A stretch of 20,000 bases of DNA. Origin: Chiloscyllium plagiosum. Its lineage: Eukaryota. The notes below the pieces were generated by a model, which saw only the letters and a list, made by a program, of their open reading frames with translations, searched no databases and was not told the origin of the DNA. A program made the position numbers and the translations under genes. Position 1 is the first letter of the stretch, and every line of letters begins with the position of its first letter. The stretch is taken from the NCBI RefSeq assembly GCF_004010195.1, contig NC_057759.1, positions 4,445,648-4,465,647 of the forward strand, given 5' to 3'. This document shows, in pieces, positions 19,791 through 20,000 of the stretch.

Positions 19791-20000
19791 ATAGAACATA
19801 GAACATAGAAGAATACAGCGCAGTACAGGCCCTTTGGCCCTCGATGTTGCGCCGATCCAAGCCCACCTAACCTATACTAACCCACTATCCTCCATATACC
19901 TATCCAATGCCCGCTTAAATGCCCATAAAGAGGGAGAGTCCACCACTGCTACTGGCAGGGCATTCCATGAACTTACGACTCGCTGAGTGAAGAACCTAAC
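19791..20000 (-). mobile_element. Young CR1 LINE 3' end (continues beyond the window)
   Basis: (atagaac)n tail, 'acagcgcagtacaggccctttggccc' stem-loop, and 'ggcagggcattccatgaacttacgactcgctgagtgaagaa' (FFTQRVVSSWNALP). Confidence 0.92.

Overview
Repeat-dense vertebrate genomic DNA, most likely from a cartilaginous fish (shark). That call rests on HE1-type tRNA SINEs with (ATCTA)n tails, HER1/CR1 LINE 3' ends and Penelope-like elements. I find no intact protein-coding gene. Most of the window is fragments of CR1 and L2 LINEs, SINEs, two Penelope-like (GIY-YIG) retroelement families and two candidate LTRs, plus two 500-N assembly gaps. The most notable structures are: (i) a ~5.3-kb inverted duplication (arms 6299-8791 and 9042-11643, ~250-bp spacer) carrying two divergently oriented copies of a six-finger C2H2 zinc-finger pseudogene, with arm-specific SINE insertions and a deletion; (ii) three minimal hammerhead-ribozyme motifs at Penelope 3' ends, two in an inverted-repeat Penelope insertion; (iii) a degraded PECAM1/FCRL-like Ig-domain exon at 917-1185 that the ORF track misses; (iv) an LTR separated from its polypurine tract by a Penelope insertion, next to an unidentified coding-like segment; (v) a junction with short sequence apparently copied from a Penelope copy ~900 bp away. 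I cannot support a wholly new biological system here. Family assignments are by motif recognition, not database search.
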